Virus record (IMG/VR): IMGVR_UViG_3300025012_000027
Coordinates: 62,001 to 126,000 of that record
DNA: 64,000 nt
Direction: 5' to 3' (one strand)
The position numbers and the translations under genes were made by a program. This document shows, one piece after another, positions 63,791 through 64,000 of the stretch (its first letter is position 1; each line of letters opens with the position of its first letter). The notes beneath the pieces are model-generated. The model ran no database searches. It saw nothing but the letters and a program-made list of their open reading frames with translations, and was not told the DNA's origin.

Positions 63791-64000
63791 ATGGGTGGGA
63801 ATGCACTTAAGAATATCGAAACTCGTCGATACGTTCGAGACGAGTATGAACGAATTGCGAAGGCGGTTCTCGAAAAACTGAACCCAGTTCGTTGTATAGA
63901 TAGAGCAATTGATATCCCGGCATATCGCACAAAGGAAACTTTCGGCGATTTGGATATCCTATACTCTACCAATACAGATACCCCGCTGTCAGTCGAACAG
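63791..64000 (+). CDS. Pol-beta-superfamily nucleotidyltransferase (truncated by window end; not in track)
   Basis: MGGNALK...IPAYRTKETFGDLDIL (DxD). Confidence 0.7.
   Translation, partial: MGGNALKNIETRRYVRDEYERIAKAVLEKLNPVRCIDRAIDIPAYRTKETFGDLDILYSTNTDTPLSVEQ

Noticed and set aside
1-64000. tRNA genes and stop-codon recoding
   Set aside because: No cloverleaf seen by eye (tRNAscan not run); core genes are full length in code 11 and end in TAA, TAG and TGA.

Overview
64 kb of a large lytic T4-like (T4-superfamily myovirus) phage genome, read by eye with no searches or folding programs. Left (0.8-24 kb): T4 core genes (baseplate gp27-like/gp53/gp48, gp4, RNA ligase 1, UvsX, gp40, gp41, topoisomerase gp39+60 and gp52) and two free-standing homing endonucleases. 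This part also holds a 7-deazaguanine DNA-modification cluster (QueE, QueD, FolE, DpdA, a DpdL-type T-fold protein, two glycosyltransferases, no QueC) and a holin/GH19 lysis pair. Right (24-64 kb): a long co-oriented accessory region of small genes driven by about 20 copies of a TGTTATAAT extended -10 promoter. It contains a macrodomain, NYN, SprT, SPFH, a second RNA ligase, NadM-Nudix plus NAMPT, an AAA ATPase, a metallophosphoesterase, HEAT/LRV repeat proteins, a probable head polyprotein, and a complete ISL3 element carrying a NADAR gene. A VIP2/Alt-like ADP-ribosyltransferase and a nucleotidyltransferase are cut by the window edges. The two best candidates for undescribed biology: (1) a coiled-coil protein gene followed by a ~255-nt closed structured RNA containing 11 phased heptamer repeats (41.3-42.3 kb), a possible ring-protein/RNA particle; (2) the DpdA-DpdL pair flanked by two glycosyltransferases, one resembling the queuosine mannosyltransferase QTMAN/GTDC1, which suggests a sugar-modified 7-deazaguanine in DNA. 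Family names come from recalled motifs and need HMM confirmation.
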